Shown here piece by piece: positions 13,930-25,683 of a DNA stretch of 64,000 nt. Positions within the stretch are counted from its first letter, which is position 1, and each line of letters starts with the position of its first letter. The stretch is from Octopus sinensis. Its lineage: Eukaryota. A model generated the notes under the pieces. That model ran no database searches and had not been told where the DNA came from. It saw only the letters and a program-made list of their open reading frames with translations. The translations under genes were made by a program, and so were the position numbers. The stretch spans positions 83,762,001 through 83,826,000 of the forward strand of contig NC_042998.1 in assembly GCF_006345805.1 (NCBI RefSeq), given 5' to 3'.

Positions 13930-14082
13930 GTGTGTGTGTGTGTGTTGTGTGTGTGTGTGCTTATATATATACACACACACATATATATATATAATATATA
14001 TATATAATATATATATATATATATTATTATATATATATATATAATATAATATATAATATATATATATGTATATATAAGCATA

Positions 14083-14380
14083 TGGCCCAGTGGTTAGGGC
14101 AGCGGACACGCGGTCGTAAGATCGCGGTTTCGATTCCCAGACCGGGCGATGTGAGTGTTTATTGAGCGAAATACTTAAAGCCCCACGAGGTTCCGGTAGG
14201 GGGTGGTGGGCATCACTACTGTAGTCTTTCGCCACACTTTCTCTCACTCTTTCTTCTGTTGGCCTGCTCACTTAGCTAGCGGGGTGGCGTCATTTGAAGG
14301 CTAAAACAATGCGAAGCACATTGTGACCAGCGATGTGTAGCAGCATCTGATAGCCTGGTCGGTCACAGTGATCACGGTGA
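14083..14380 (+). mobile_element. SINE family D, slightly 5'-truncated, with 10-bp TSD
   Basis: Homologous to 13574-13884 in the opposite orientation. TATAAGCATA flanks both sides (14073-14082 and 14381-14390). Confidence 0.9.
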
Positions 14381-14404
14381 TATAAGCATATATATATATA
14401 AGCA

Positions 14405-14456
<52 letters not shown>

Positions 14457-14520
14457 AGTATATTATATGTGTATATATATTTATATATGTAAATATAAAA
14501 TATATATATAAGTATATATA

Positions 14521-14562
<42 letters not shown>

Positions 14563-14709
14563 TATATTTATATAATATATATAATATAAACAATTCAAGG
14601 TATTTTTTGATGTGCTGGCCATTGATAAGATTTTTTTGGGAAAAGAATATTTTTTCCAAAAATCTTATCAATGGCCAGCACATCAAAAAATACCTTGAAT
14701 TGTTATATA

Positions 14710-14764
<55 letters not shown>

Positions 14765-14832
14765 TATATATATTATATACTATATATATATATATTTACA
14801 TATATAAATATATATATATAATATATATACAC

Positions 14833-14873
<41 letters not shown>

Positions 14874-14958
14874 TGCTTATATATAACCATATATATGCTT
14901 ATATCACCGTGATCACTGTGACCGACCAGGCTATCAGATGTTGCTACACATCGCTGGT
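14326..14958. repeat. ~630-bp fold-back palindrome centred near 14647
   Basis: Perfect 42-bp inverted repeat 14589-14630 / 14663-14704. Outer arms 14326-14410 and ~14865-14958 are reverse complements. Confidence 0.9.
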
Positions 14959-15025
14959 ATATATATATATATATATAATATATATAATATATATATATAT
15001 ATATATTATATAATATATATATATA

Positions 15026-15081
<56 letters not shown>

Positions 15082-15448
15082 GTATGTATGTATACGAACA
15101 ACGCAATGTTGCGGTACATGCAAAGTATTAAAAGACGCTCAGGGGAGGAAGGAAAGGGTATTTTACGTTTGAAACAAACTCTTCTTCAGAAATAGGAGAC
15201 AGAGGAAGGTCAAAGAAGAAAGGAGGACGGAAGAAAAAATCGTCGACATGTAGTTACATATACATATGTTTGTATATATATATATGTATATACATAAATG
15301 TATATATATAATTTATATGGGTGTGTGTGTATGTGTGTGTGCGTGTGTGTGTGCAAAATATAGGGTAGTGAGTTCTTTTAGAAATTTCCCTTCCAGTGGC
15401 CTAGCATGTATAAAATGTCAATAGACAACATGTTCTCAATATAAAATA

Positions 15449-15809
15449 GTGTACATTTAAACACAAGAGAAAACTGCCTTGAACAGGCATTTTTTACACG
15501 CTGGAAGAAGTATCCAATACGACCAAAACTGCTGACTGAAACTGCGCTTGCGCTGTAAATTTGAAAAATTATAATGTATAACGATAAGCCACGTGTTATT
15601 TGTCTCTTAATTATATGTTAGTGTTATGTTGCGGTCACTGATGAGAAATTTGCCTAGCAAATTATTTTATTTGCTAAAAAATTTTGAAATCTATTTTTCA
15701 TTCTTTTTGAAGATTTCTCTTAAATGTGGTTTTGGTCGTTTTGACTACTTCTTCTAGCGTATAAAAACTGCCTATTGAAGGCAGTTTTCTCTTGTGTTTA
15801 AATTTACAC
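15449..15809. mobile_element. MITE with ~80-bp terminal inverted repeats
   Basis: gtgtacatttaaacacaagagaaaactgcctt...cgaccaaaac (15449-15530) versus its reverse complement at 15728-15809. Confidence 0.8.
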
Positions 15810-15856
15810 CTCTCTCTCTCTCTCTCTCTTCTCTATATATATATATATATATAATA

Positions 15857-15943
<87 letters not shown>

Positions 15944-16125
15944 GTATATATATAATTTATATATGTATATGTACATATATATAGGTATATATATGGATAT
16001 ATATATATGTGTGTGTTTTATACATGTATGTAACTTTGTGTATATATATTATATATATTATATTTATTACATATATATATATATATTATATTATATATAT
16101 TATGTATATTATATATATATATATT
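15810..16125. repeat. (CT)n then degenerate (TA)n tract
   Basis: Direct reading. Confidence 0.9.
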
Positions 16126-16126
16126 C

Positions 16127-16325
16127 TTCCCAAAGAAGATCGTCTTATTGCAACAGCTCAGCTACTGGGTAGGGCTGGAACAGCTAAGACTCTACTCCTT
16201 GGAGCGTAGGCGGGAGGGGTATGCAGTAATATACATCTGGAAGATCCTGGAAGATTGTGCCAAATTTTGGCATTGAAAGCTACACCAATGCTAGTACGGG
16301 TAGACACTGCTAAGTGCCAAAGTGT
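16127..16325 (+). mobile_element. CR1-group LINE fragment (same family as 46942-48145)
   Basis: [47 protein letters not shown] aligns by eye with 47620-47800. Confidence 0.85.
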
Positions 16326-17369
16326 AATAGTTTTTACATTTTCATTTTACTCCGACTCCGAATGGCTTGGGAAACACTGGTTTATGCCCTTAACAATACA
16401 GTGCTTGTACAAAAAGGTCACTACAATATCTAGGTATTAGTTATATTATATATTCTTTATCAATACAGTTATAGGGAGGAGACAGCAATTAAGAATACGG
16501 GATCTTTCTGCTGGATCACTGAAGACTTCTGCTCCATTCTGCAATTCACTAAATGACAAAAAGACTCTTAAAGAGTGGTGTCGGCCGTTTAAAGTAGAGA
16601 TACAATATGAGGTGACATACTTCAACTGTGAATCGAAGCCATATTGCAATCATACCATTCTACAATGAATGGACACTAGAGAGAGAGAGTGAGGATAGTG
16701 TCAGAGAGAGAGAGAGAGAGAGAGAGGATAGTGAGAGAGGCAGAGGGAGAGAGTATATTTTATTTGAATTCTGCTTTCGCAACGCAACTCCTTACACAGT
16801 GCAGGTGTTTAATTCTCATGCGAAACTTCATTCAGTGGCGTACGGGATTTAACCATACTTCTTGGAAAATAATAGTCGTGGAGCAGGTTTTACAATATCA
16901 TGTAATATTAGACTAAATGAATGTGGGGCACTGAACCCATTTGTACCCAGAGGTCGGATCTCTTTGTAATCGATTAAAGTCAATATTTACATACGTATCG
17001 TTTTCTTTTATTACAACTAACTAAATGCTTCTACGTATGGATATTGTTTAGATTCATCTGTACGCATGCGTGAATGAGATTGCGTAGATTTATACGTAAG
17101 TCGCTATGTTGAAGTATGTGGGCGTATACACATTATCATTAACTTTATGAAGCTCTTTTCATTAAATATGCTAGAACTGAATGAAGGCAATTACAGTATG
17201 TGAGTATATGAATGGATGAGGTGTTGATGTGTAAATACAGGGCGACTGAATTCTCCATCTGCCAAAATTGAAGGCATTGTGTGGCTGCATTCGAAAACAC
17301 TGTTTGTTATTTATTTATTTTGTCTTTACAAAGCAGAAAAGTTTAGGAAAAAAGTTCATGTGTGCGTGT

Positions 17370-17496
17370 GTGTGTGTGAGTGAGTGTGCGTGTTTGAAAA
17401 AATTTCATATATATATATATATATATACCTATATCCATTTAGCTCTCTCTCTCTTTTTCTCTTTCCCCCTCTCTCTCTCTATATATATATGTGTGT

Positions 17497-17527
<31 letters not shown>

Positions 17528-17599
17528 CGTGCGTGTGAGTGTGTGTGTGTGCGTGCGTATGAGAATTTTTTTATCATTTCCTAATTTCCAATGTATTGA

Positions 17600-17646
<47 letters not shown>

Positions 17647-17840
17647 TGTGTGTGTCTGTGTGTGTCTGTGTGTCTGTGTGTGTGTGTGTGTGTCTGTGTG
17701 TCTGTGTGTGTGTATGTGTGTCGTGAGTAATTATGTATGTATATGTACGTATGCATATATATATGCATACATAAGCACATGCGTACGTTAATGCAAACAC
17801 ACACACATACATACGCACACACATACATACACACATACAT
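17370..17840. repeat. (TG)n/(TA)n/(CT)n compound microsatellite
   Basis: Direct reading. Confidence 0.95.
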
Positions 17841-18374
17841 GTAAGACGATCATTGTAAGTCTACAAATATATCTATATATGTCCTTGTGGGCGTGCAGAC
17901 TTAAAAAAACACATATTTCATTAGCTCTACTGTGCACACGTAGTTATTATGCATAACCATAAACGAACAGGTTTTATTAAAACAAAAAAATGACCTCACT
18001 TATAAATGATTGATAATTCATTATTTGTCACATTGGTTTTGAAACTCACATACACCAACAAAAACACGCACAAGCATGCGGCTATCAACAAAACCTACGC
18101 AATCGTACGCCCACTGACAGAAAATACGCACACTAAAAGGAAGGCCTCATAATGACGTTACAGCTAACCTAGAAACAACAGCAAAAACGTCAAATTAGCA
18201 CCATACTATAGACGCGGAAGGACACGTGGAATCATTATTTTAGGTGTACCATGTTTGAAGCAAAACTACATGCAATGGTTAGAAAGAGTCAGAGCTAACC
18301 TGGACCTAAATAGATCAACACACCCAGTGTCCATATGGTTCTGTGTTACTCTGCCCTTGTAACTAATTCGTCTA

Positions 18375-18570
<196 letters not shown>

Positions 18571-18652
18571 TCTATCTGTCTACAAACCTAAATATTAGCT
18601 AGCTAACTAGCTTGTAAGAGCTTTGTTTCTCTCTTTTTTCCTCTCTCATTCT

Positions 18653-18688
<36 letters not shown>

Positions 18689-18812
18689 ATATTTACATAT
18701 ATAGTTATATGCATATGGATACACACACACACACACACACATATATAACTAGCTAGCTACCTAGTTAGCTAGACAGAGAGATACACACACATATATATAC
18801 ATATATATATAT

Positions 18813-18855
<43 letters not shown>

Positions 18856-19507
18856 TGGATGTATATATATATATATACATATACATCCATTGTACATGTG
18901 TGTGAATGTGTGTGTGTATTTATTTATTTATCATTCTTTAACAAGAATAGCACTGACAGCTTTCATCGGTCTGTCATGCATTTCAATTAATATTGGCTTT
19001 ATATAGTCCCTGTTGAGGAAAAATCTTTCTAGAGTATGTGGGATTCAGTTTAATGAAAGTTAGAATGTAGGGTGGGTTGTAATGGAGAGGCGTTATTTAC
19101 TAAATTTGGGGTTATGTTATTGTTCAGCATTTATCAATGCATGTACAACCATGTAAATACGGGTGTATATTTAGGTGTATCAGACTTAGGTCATGAGAGT
19201 GTTAATTAATGGTCCTCAAAAAACATGCAGGTAGGTAGAGGGAGGTTTTAGGCCCTTGGATGTGTCACTAGTTTCAGTCACTTTCGGTTTTATTAGATTT
19301 AATCCTTTACTTTGACAATGTAAAGGTCAAAGTTTATTCCCGCATTTTAAAACTTAGTAATTGGGTGTATCAGCTTGTTAAAGAATAATGAATATGAACT
19401 CTACAAATGTATAGAATAACCCTTCCGATTAATGTAAAATTGTTTTTATGATAACTGAACATAAAAACAAACACACACATACACATACTCTCATATATAT
19501 ATATACA

Positions 19508-19727
19508 CAGGGTGGCCCAAAAGTAGGTTTACAGTTATTCAAGTATCGCTTTCGTATTCATATATTAACAGTTTAAATTTTGATTATAAAAAAAAAATGA
19601 AACCATTATTCTATGCTAATTTAGTCAATTTTGTCAAGCTCCCTTTTCAGTTTGTAAGATAGAAATTTAAATGTAATAAAATGTTTTAAAAGAAAGTTAA
19701 CTGTAAACCTACTTTTTTGGCCACCTG
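19508..19727. mobile_element. Tc1/mariner-type MITE (~220 bp)
   Basis: TIRs cagggtggcccaaaagtaggtttacagtta / taactgtaaacctacttttttggccacctg, inserted in a TA tract. Confidence 0.85.
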
Positions 19728-20324
19728 TATATATATATATATATATATGATGTATGCGTGTGTATGTGTGTGTGCGTGCGTGCGTGTGGATGTGTTTCTT
19801 TTTCTCTGAGTTACTCTTTCTCAATATGTAAACTCGGTTGTTCCTTACTCACTAACAATAAGGTCACAATTTCATAGTTACCTTACACTCATTCACGTAA
19901 AAGTCAATCAGCGCTCCATTCCACCTCACCACCACCACCACCACCACCACCATCACAATCATCAGAACCACTGAATATCCATAAAAATATAATATTTTCT
20001 TTAAGACCTCATGCATAACAAGCGTAACAAAACTTACTGAACGGTGTAAGTCTTTTTTTAATGAATCGTGTTTTAAATAAAACACTGCATCATACACACA
20101 TACACTCACAAACACACACATACGCTCACACACGCACATACACTCACACAAGCACACACATGATTATATAACTATATTTCTCACATGTAATATACGGTTG
20201 TATTATCTGGGTAATTTATATTTATTTATCATTTAATAGTGACGTTGATTATTATCATGGCTGACATCTTAGGTAATAAAAGCTGCACACGTATTATGTA
20301 CACACAGTCATACATATTCATTCG

Positions 20325-21075
20325 CAGGCGTAGGTGTGTGGTGGAAGTTTGTGTTCCAACCACTTGTTTCCGGATTCAGTCCCACTACGTGGCAATTTAA
20401 ACAAGAGACTTCGGATCTTTTCGGTTTGAACGACAGTTTTTAACATAATTTCTAGGTAACTAAAAAATTTTAAACTTCGTATACTGGTAGAATGTGTTTA
20501 TAAAACATCTTTTTCTCTTGGCTTTATTGGGAAAATTCTATAGTTTGTAAGATATTTGTTGTTGTTTTTTCTTCAATTTCTGCAATTTCAACCAATCACT
20601 GACGTCTGTTGAGGTAAAAACCATTCTGTGCCGTATGAATATGTCCTTCGTTTAAGAAACAGATTGGGTTTATTTACATTTGTGAAGAAAAAGAGATACC
20701 CTTCCCCCACCCCTAACCCTAACCCTAAATAAAATTGAAATGCAATAGATCGATACTACAGTCATAATTATGGGTGACAATTTCATATGACACCGCTAGA
20801 AAAAACTGCTGTTCAAACAGAAAAGATCCGAGACTTCTGCTGTAGCATCAGGTCGATCAATGCCGTGTGTGAGTTTGTCTCCCATCACTGCTTGACAACC
20901 GGTGTTAATGTGTTTACGTCTCCGTAGCTTAGTGGTTCGGTAAAAGCGATCGACGGAATAAGTTCCGGTCTTAGAAAAAAAAAATGTAATGGGATTGATT
21001 TGTTCGACTGGAATTCTTTAACCCGATGCCCCAGCATGGCCGCCGCAGTCTAATGACTGAAACAAGTAAAATCAA
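20325..21075 (+). mobile_element. SINE family B split by a MITE at 20413-20829
   Basis: Removing the MITE and one TSD rejoins ...caagagacttc|tgctgtagc..., matching the B body seen in other copies. Confidence 0.8.
20413..20829. mobile_element. 417-bp MITE with GGATC termini, ~29-bp TIRs and 8-bp TSD (Merlin- or hAT-like)
   Basis: TSD GAGACTTC at 20405-20412 and 20830-20837. TIRs ggatcttttcggtttgaacgacagttttt / aaaaactgctgttcaaacagaaaagatcc. Internal (CCCTAA)3. Confidence 0.9.
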
Positions 21076-21429
21076 AAACAAAAAAAAGAAAAAAATATGT
21101 GATCACAAATACACACACTCACATACGCACACGCACACACACAAACACACACACACATACATACGCACTGACGCATTGAATTACGATAGACATCATCACT
21201 GTCACTCCATTCACGCATATCAGAACGCGTTGATTCAGTGTTAGCGTATGTAAAGCGTGAGCATCAAAAGCTAACTAAACAAAGTACGCCCACACGCGCC
21301 GCAATACAAAGAACGTACTCCTACAGACGGACAACTGCGCATGCGCACACGACTTGTATCTAAAGCGAATAATATCCAGTCTCACATCGAGAAATAGGAT
21401 TGTGATAAAAAGAGTGATAAGCATGCGAT

Positions 21430-21445
21430 TGTATGCGTGTGTATT

Positions 21446-21482
<37 letters not shown>

Positions 21483-21631
21483 TGTATGTATGTATGTATG
21501 TATGTATGTATGTATGTGTGTGTGTGTATGTGTGTGTGTGTGTGCGCGCGCGTGGGTGTGTGTTTACATAGACACACATTTCTAACTCTGCACTTACATA
21601 TGCGTTTGTACATCTGCCATTGCTTATGTGT

Positions 21632-21683
<52 letters not shown>

Positions 21684-21727
21684 GTATATATATATATATA
21701 TCATAAATATAATATATACACACACAC

Positions 21728-21767
<40 letters not shown>

Positions 21768-21773
21768 GCAAAC

Positions 21774-21819
<46 letters not shown>

Positions 21820-22046
21820 TGAGAGAGTTTGAAAGAGAGTTTGAGAGAGAGGGGAGAAAAAGGGAGAGAGAGACATGTGTATATGTTAAGGAGATGTTCA
21901 AGCGTATACAGGTAACCACATACAAATATATGTGCATATATACACACATACGCATATGGATATTTATATACCCATACATGCATGTACATACGTGCATATA
22001 TGTATGTACATATGTATATATATATATGTATATATATATGTGTGTG

Positions 22047-22082
<36 letters not shown>

Positions 22083-22230
22083 TATATATGTGTGTGTATG
22101 TATATATGTATACCCGTAAACATGTAAACACATATATGAACATACATATGTATATACATTAACATACATACTTGCAAAACTACTCCCACACACATTTGCG
22201 TGCACATATATACATGGATACATTTACATA
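21430..22230. repeat. Large compound microsatellite block
   Basis: (TGTA)n, (TG)n, (TA)n and (GA)n read directly. Confidence 0.95.
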
Positions 22231-22764
22231 CATATGTTATGGTGAAAAAATGATATGTATGCGCATACTCGACAAAAGGCCAGTGATAACAACGTGACGC
22301 TTCGATATCAAAACATTATACAATTTGTATGTGTGTATGTGTGTGAATGCGAGAGAGGGAGAGAGTGTCTGTCTATGTGCGTGTGTGTCTGTATATGCAT
22401 ATACGCCCACAGTCCTCATAATTCTTACAAATAAGCTTCTCCTCAGAATGTGATATACCTTAGAACCAAAACAAATACGCAGTGAAAGAACTCAAATAAA
22501 TACGCAGTGGAAGAACTGATATAAATAAATAAATAAATAAAATCAACAAGAGGAATATTTTAAAAATTCTAAAAAAAACTAATAAACAGTTACGATACCT
22601 TATCTCGATGTTTGCCACAACTAATTAATATTATTAAATTAAATCCTAACTCGTATATACCAGTGTGGCTAAATCGCCGTTATATGCTTTGCTTCTTTAT
22701 TCAATAAAGTCATACGTTTTAGTTGATGTATGTCTGTAATGATGTATGTGTACAAACAGTAGAG

Positions 22765-23145
22765 GTGGAATGGCCCAGTGGTTAAGACAGCGGACTTGCG
22801 GTCGGAGGATCGCGGTTTCGATTCCTAGACCGGGCGTTCTGTGTGTTTATTAAGCGAAAACACCTAAAGCTTCACAAGGCTGCGGCAGTGGGTGGTGACG
22901 AACCCTGCTGTACCCTTTCACCACAGCTTTCTCTTACTCTTTCTTACTGTTTCAGTTGTACCAGTATTTCAAAGGGCTAGTTTTGTCACACTCTGTGTCA
23001 CGTTGAATCTCTCCCGAGAACTACGTTAAGGGTGCGCGTGTCTGGAGAGTGCTCAACCACTTGCACCTTAATTTCACGAGCAGGCTGTTCCGTTGATCGG
23101 ATCAACTGGAACCTTCGTCGTCGTCGTAACCGACGGAGTTCCACG
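22765..23145 (+). mobile_element. SINE with family-D head and an alternative tail
   Basis: Head as at 14083. Tail tcacgagcaggctgttccgttgatcggatcaactggaacc...ccgacggag also occurs at 50345-50415 and, reversed, at 56375-56440. Confidence 0.85.
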
Positions 23146-23541
23146 ACGATATGTATCAAGAACCTATAAAATAACTGTTTGTAATTAAAGATTCATAATT
23201 TTGGATCTTACAATATTCTTTGAATAAAGGTTTAAGTGTGTGGTTGAGAAGTTCAAATCACAAACATGTAGTTTTGGTTTCATTGCTGTGGTACGGTACA
23301 TTAAACAAATGTCTATTCCAATAATCTTGGCTGATCGAAGCCTTGTGGATGAATTGGGTAAAGGAAAACTGTGCAAGGCATCAGACATGTTGGAAGATAC
23401 TATTTGAGTTGTTTTTCACGACATGAAACTATTGGTAGCTCATAAAAATGCATACTGTGTTTATTAGATAATATTTATCTCTCACCAGATGGAGTACTCA
23501 CTGTCTTAGTTGATCTTACCATCACGGAACAGTACACTATA

Positions 23542-23595
<54 letters not shown>

Positions 23596-23764
23596 AGAGA
23601 GAGAGGGGGGAGTGAGATATATATATATATATATATATATATGTGCGTGTGTGTGTGTGTGTATGTATGTATAATACATGTGTATGTGTATATTTGCGTA
23701 CCTGCGTGTGTGCGTGCGTGCGCGCATGTGTGTGTATACGCACATCTTTGAATCACACTGCTTG

Positions 23765-23935
23765 ATCAGCGATGTTGGTATGTTTACGTCCACGTGCCAT
23801 AGCGTTTCAACAAAAAGAAACAGATTTAAAGAAATTAGTACCGGAGTTGATTTAACAGACCAAGCTTTTGCAGGGGGGTACTCCAGCATGGCCGCAGTTG
23901 AATGGGTGAAGCATGGAAAAGAGTAACAAATAAAA
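23765..23935 (+). mobile_element. SINE family B, degraded 3' part
   Basis: gatgttggtatgtttacgtcc...tactccagcatggccgcagtt. Confidence 0.65.
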
Positions 23936-24001
23936 GAGAACCGTTAAAAGGAATTTGGATGTAGTCCTTTCTTGCATCTTGTATCAACCAATCTGTGTGT
24001 G

Positions 24002-24298
24002 CAGTGATGGACTGGGTCTAAAAATACTGGTTGCCAGGAGACTAAGGAGGACCACCCTCAACTACAATGCTATCATTTAATGTTTTGTTTTTTTTTGTTG
24101 AAAGTATTCTTTTCAACTGTCTACAAACGCAGCCAGGCTGAAATAATGCATTTTTCCAGGAATGAATTTAAAAGTTCTCAAATTTTAGGGTATGGGCCCC
24201 TCAGATATTAACATGCCCCCCCCCCTATGTGGATTCTAATGGCGCAGGGGCCCACTTGCCATCGGGCAAGCTGGCAACCTGGCCAGTCCGCCACAATG
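24002..24298. mobile_element. hAT (Tip100-like) MITE
   Basis: Degenerate TIRs cagtgatggactggg / ctggccagtccgccaca..g, flanked by TG repeats. Confidence 0.5.
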
Positions 24299-24669
24299 TG
24301 TGTGTGTGTGGTCAAAGAAAACAACGTTGGTTATACGTTAATAATAATACGTTATTATAAAATAATAAAAAAATAGTCCCGTTATCTTTTGAACAGCACC
24401 AATCAAAAGATACTTTTAAATAATTCACTCGAGTTTTTCCGTCAAAGTTATTAGTATAGTTTTCATTTTCATTTTCTAAGATATGAAAATATTTGTACCC
24501 AGTAGAAATTTAATCAATATTTATTGCCAGTTTTTAAGTTCAAATCTCACCAACAACTTTATTCTTCATTCAACTGTCTTAAAGGAGAGTTAAAAATAAC
24601 TATCAGTAACATGGTGCTTTAATTCAATATATTTTATACTCTATCGAACAAACTGGGCTTCCTATATCC

Positions 24670-24780
24670 TTTTCTACTCTAGGTACAAGGCCCAAAATTT
24701 GGAGGGAGGGTCCAGTCGATTAGATTGACCGCAGTACACAACTGGTACCTAATCTATCGACCCCGAAAGGATGTAAATTT
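24670..24780 (-). mobile_element. SINE family A, 3' fragment
   Basis: actggtacctaatctatcgaccccgaaaggatg is the reverse complement of the A core. Confidence 0.7.
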
Positions 24781-25094
24781 CTCGGTAACACACAGAAGCA
24801 TTTATTATGGTAGTAGAAATTTTTGCACGTCGTTCAAAATTTGTACTTTGTGCTTGAAAAATAAAACTCGTAAACCAGGGATCTCGTAATGCGGGACCTC
24901 GTAAAGTGAAGTATGTCGCTTCTATTTTTTAATTATTATAAATCTTCCATTGAGGAGGGAGCCAGTTTTCAACAAAGATATAAGGCTCTATCTTTGGGAT
25001 AGAGCCTTGTATTTTTGGGATGATCCTCGTAGGATGAGTTATGTATGTATGTATGTATGTATGTATGTATGTATGTATGTGTGCATGTATGTAT

Positions 25095-25235
25095 AATACG
25101 GACTTCCACAGTTTCCGTCCTCCAAATCCAAGGCATTGGCTCACCTAACGCAGAAGACACTTGCCCAAGGATGGAACCCAAAACCTCGTAGTTTCAAAGC
25201 GAACTTCTTAACCACAGATCCATGCCTACGCCTGT
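25095..25235 (-). mobile_element. SINE family B, 5' half
   Basis: cagtttccgtcctccaaatcc...gaagacacttgcccaagg...cttcttaaccacag. Confidence 0.75.
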
Positions 25236-25623
25236 ATAGTTAATAGGAATAATCTTTCGTCCAATCGTTTAAATGTGTATCTCTGGTTACAAATTAATCA
25301 TTTAAAAGTCTCAATAAGTTCGGATTTTAAAACATACGACACCAGAATCTTTGCCTCTCTATCTCTATGTCTCTCTCTTTTCTCTCTCTTTCTTTCTCTC
25401 TCTCTCGTTCTTCTCTCTCTCTCTTCTCTCTCTCCCTCTCTCTCGCTCTTCTCTCTCTCTCTCTTTCTTTATATTTCCCTTTCTCTTTTTGTCACTCTTT
25501 CAAGGTCTTTTGAAGTTCAGATAAACAGAGAGAGAGAGAGAGAGAGAGAAACAGACACACAGACAGATAGATAGACAGAGAAAGACAGAGAGTATACATA
25601 ACTAACTTGCTTGATAGAACGAC

Positions 25624-25683
<60 letters not shown>

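Noticed and set aside
18000-18370. Possible further ORF1-like relic
   Set aside because: Composition is suggestive, but no motif could be read.
20710-20728. (CCCTAA)3 as a telomere or fusion scar
   Set aside because: Only three units, lying inside a TSD-bounded MITE.
21624-22223. Long ORFs in the track such as 199 aa here, 202 aa at 30147-30755 and poly-Ser/Gly at 3958-4344
   Set aside because: They are translations of (TA)/(CA)/(TACA)/(TAG) microsatellites, which lack stops in some frames; no domain content.
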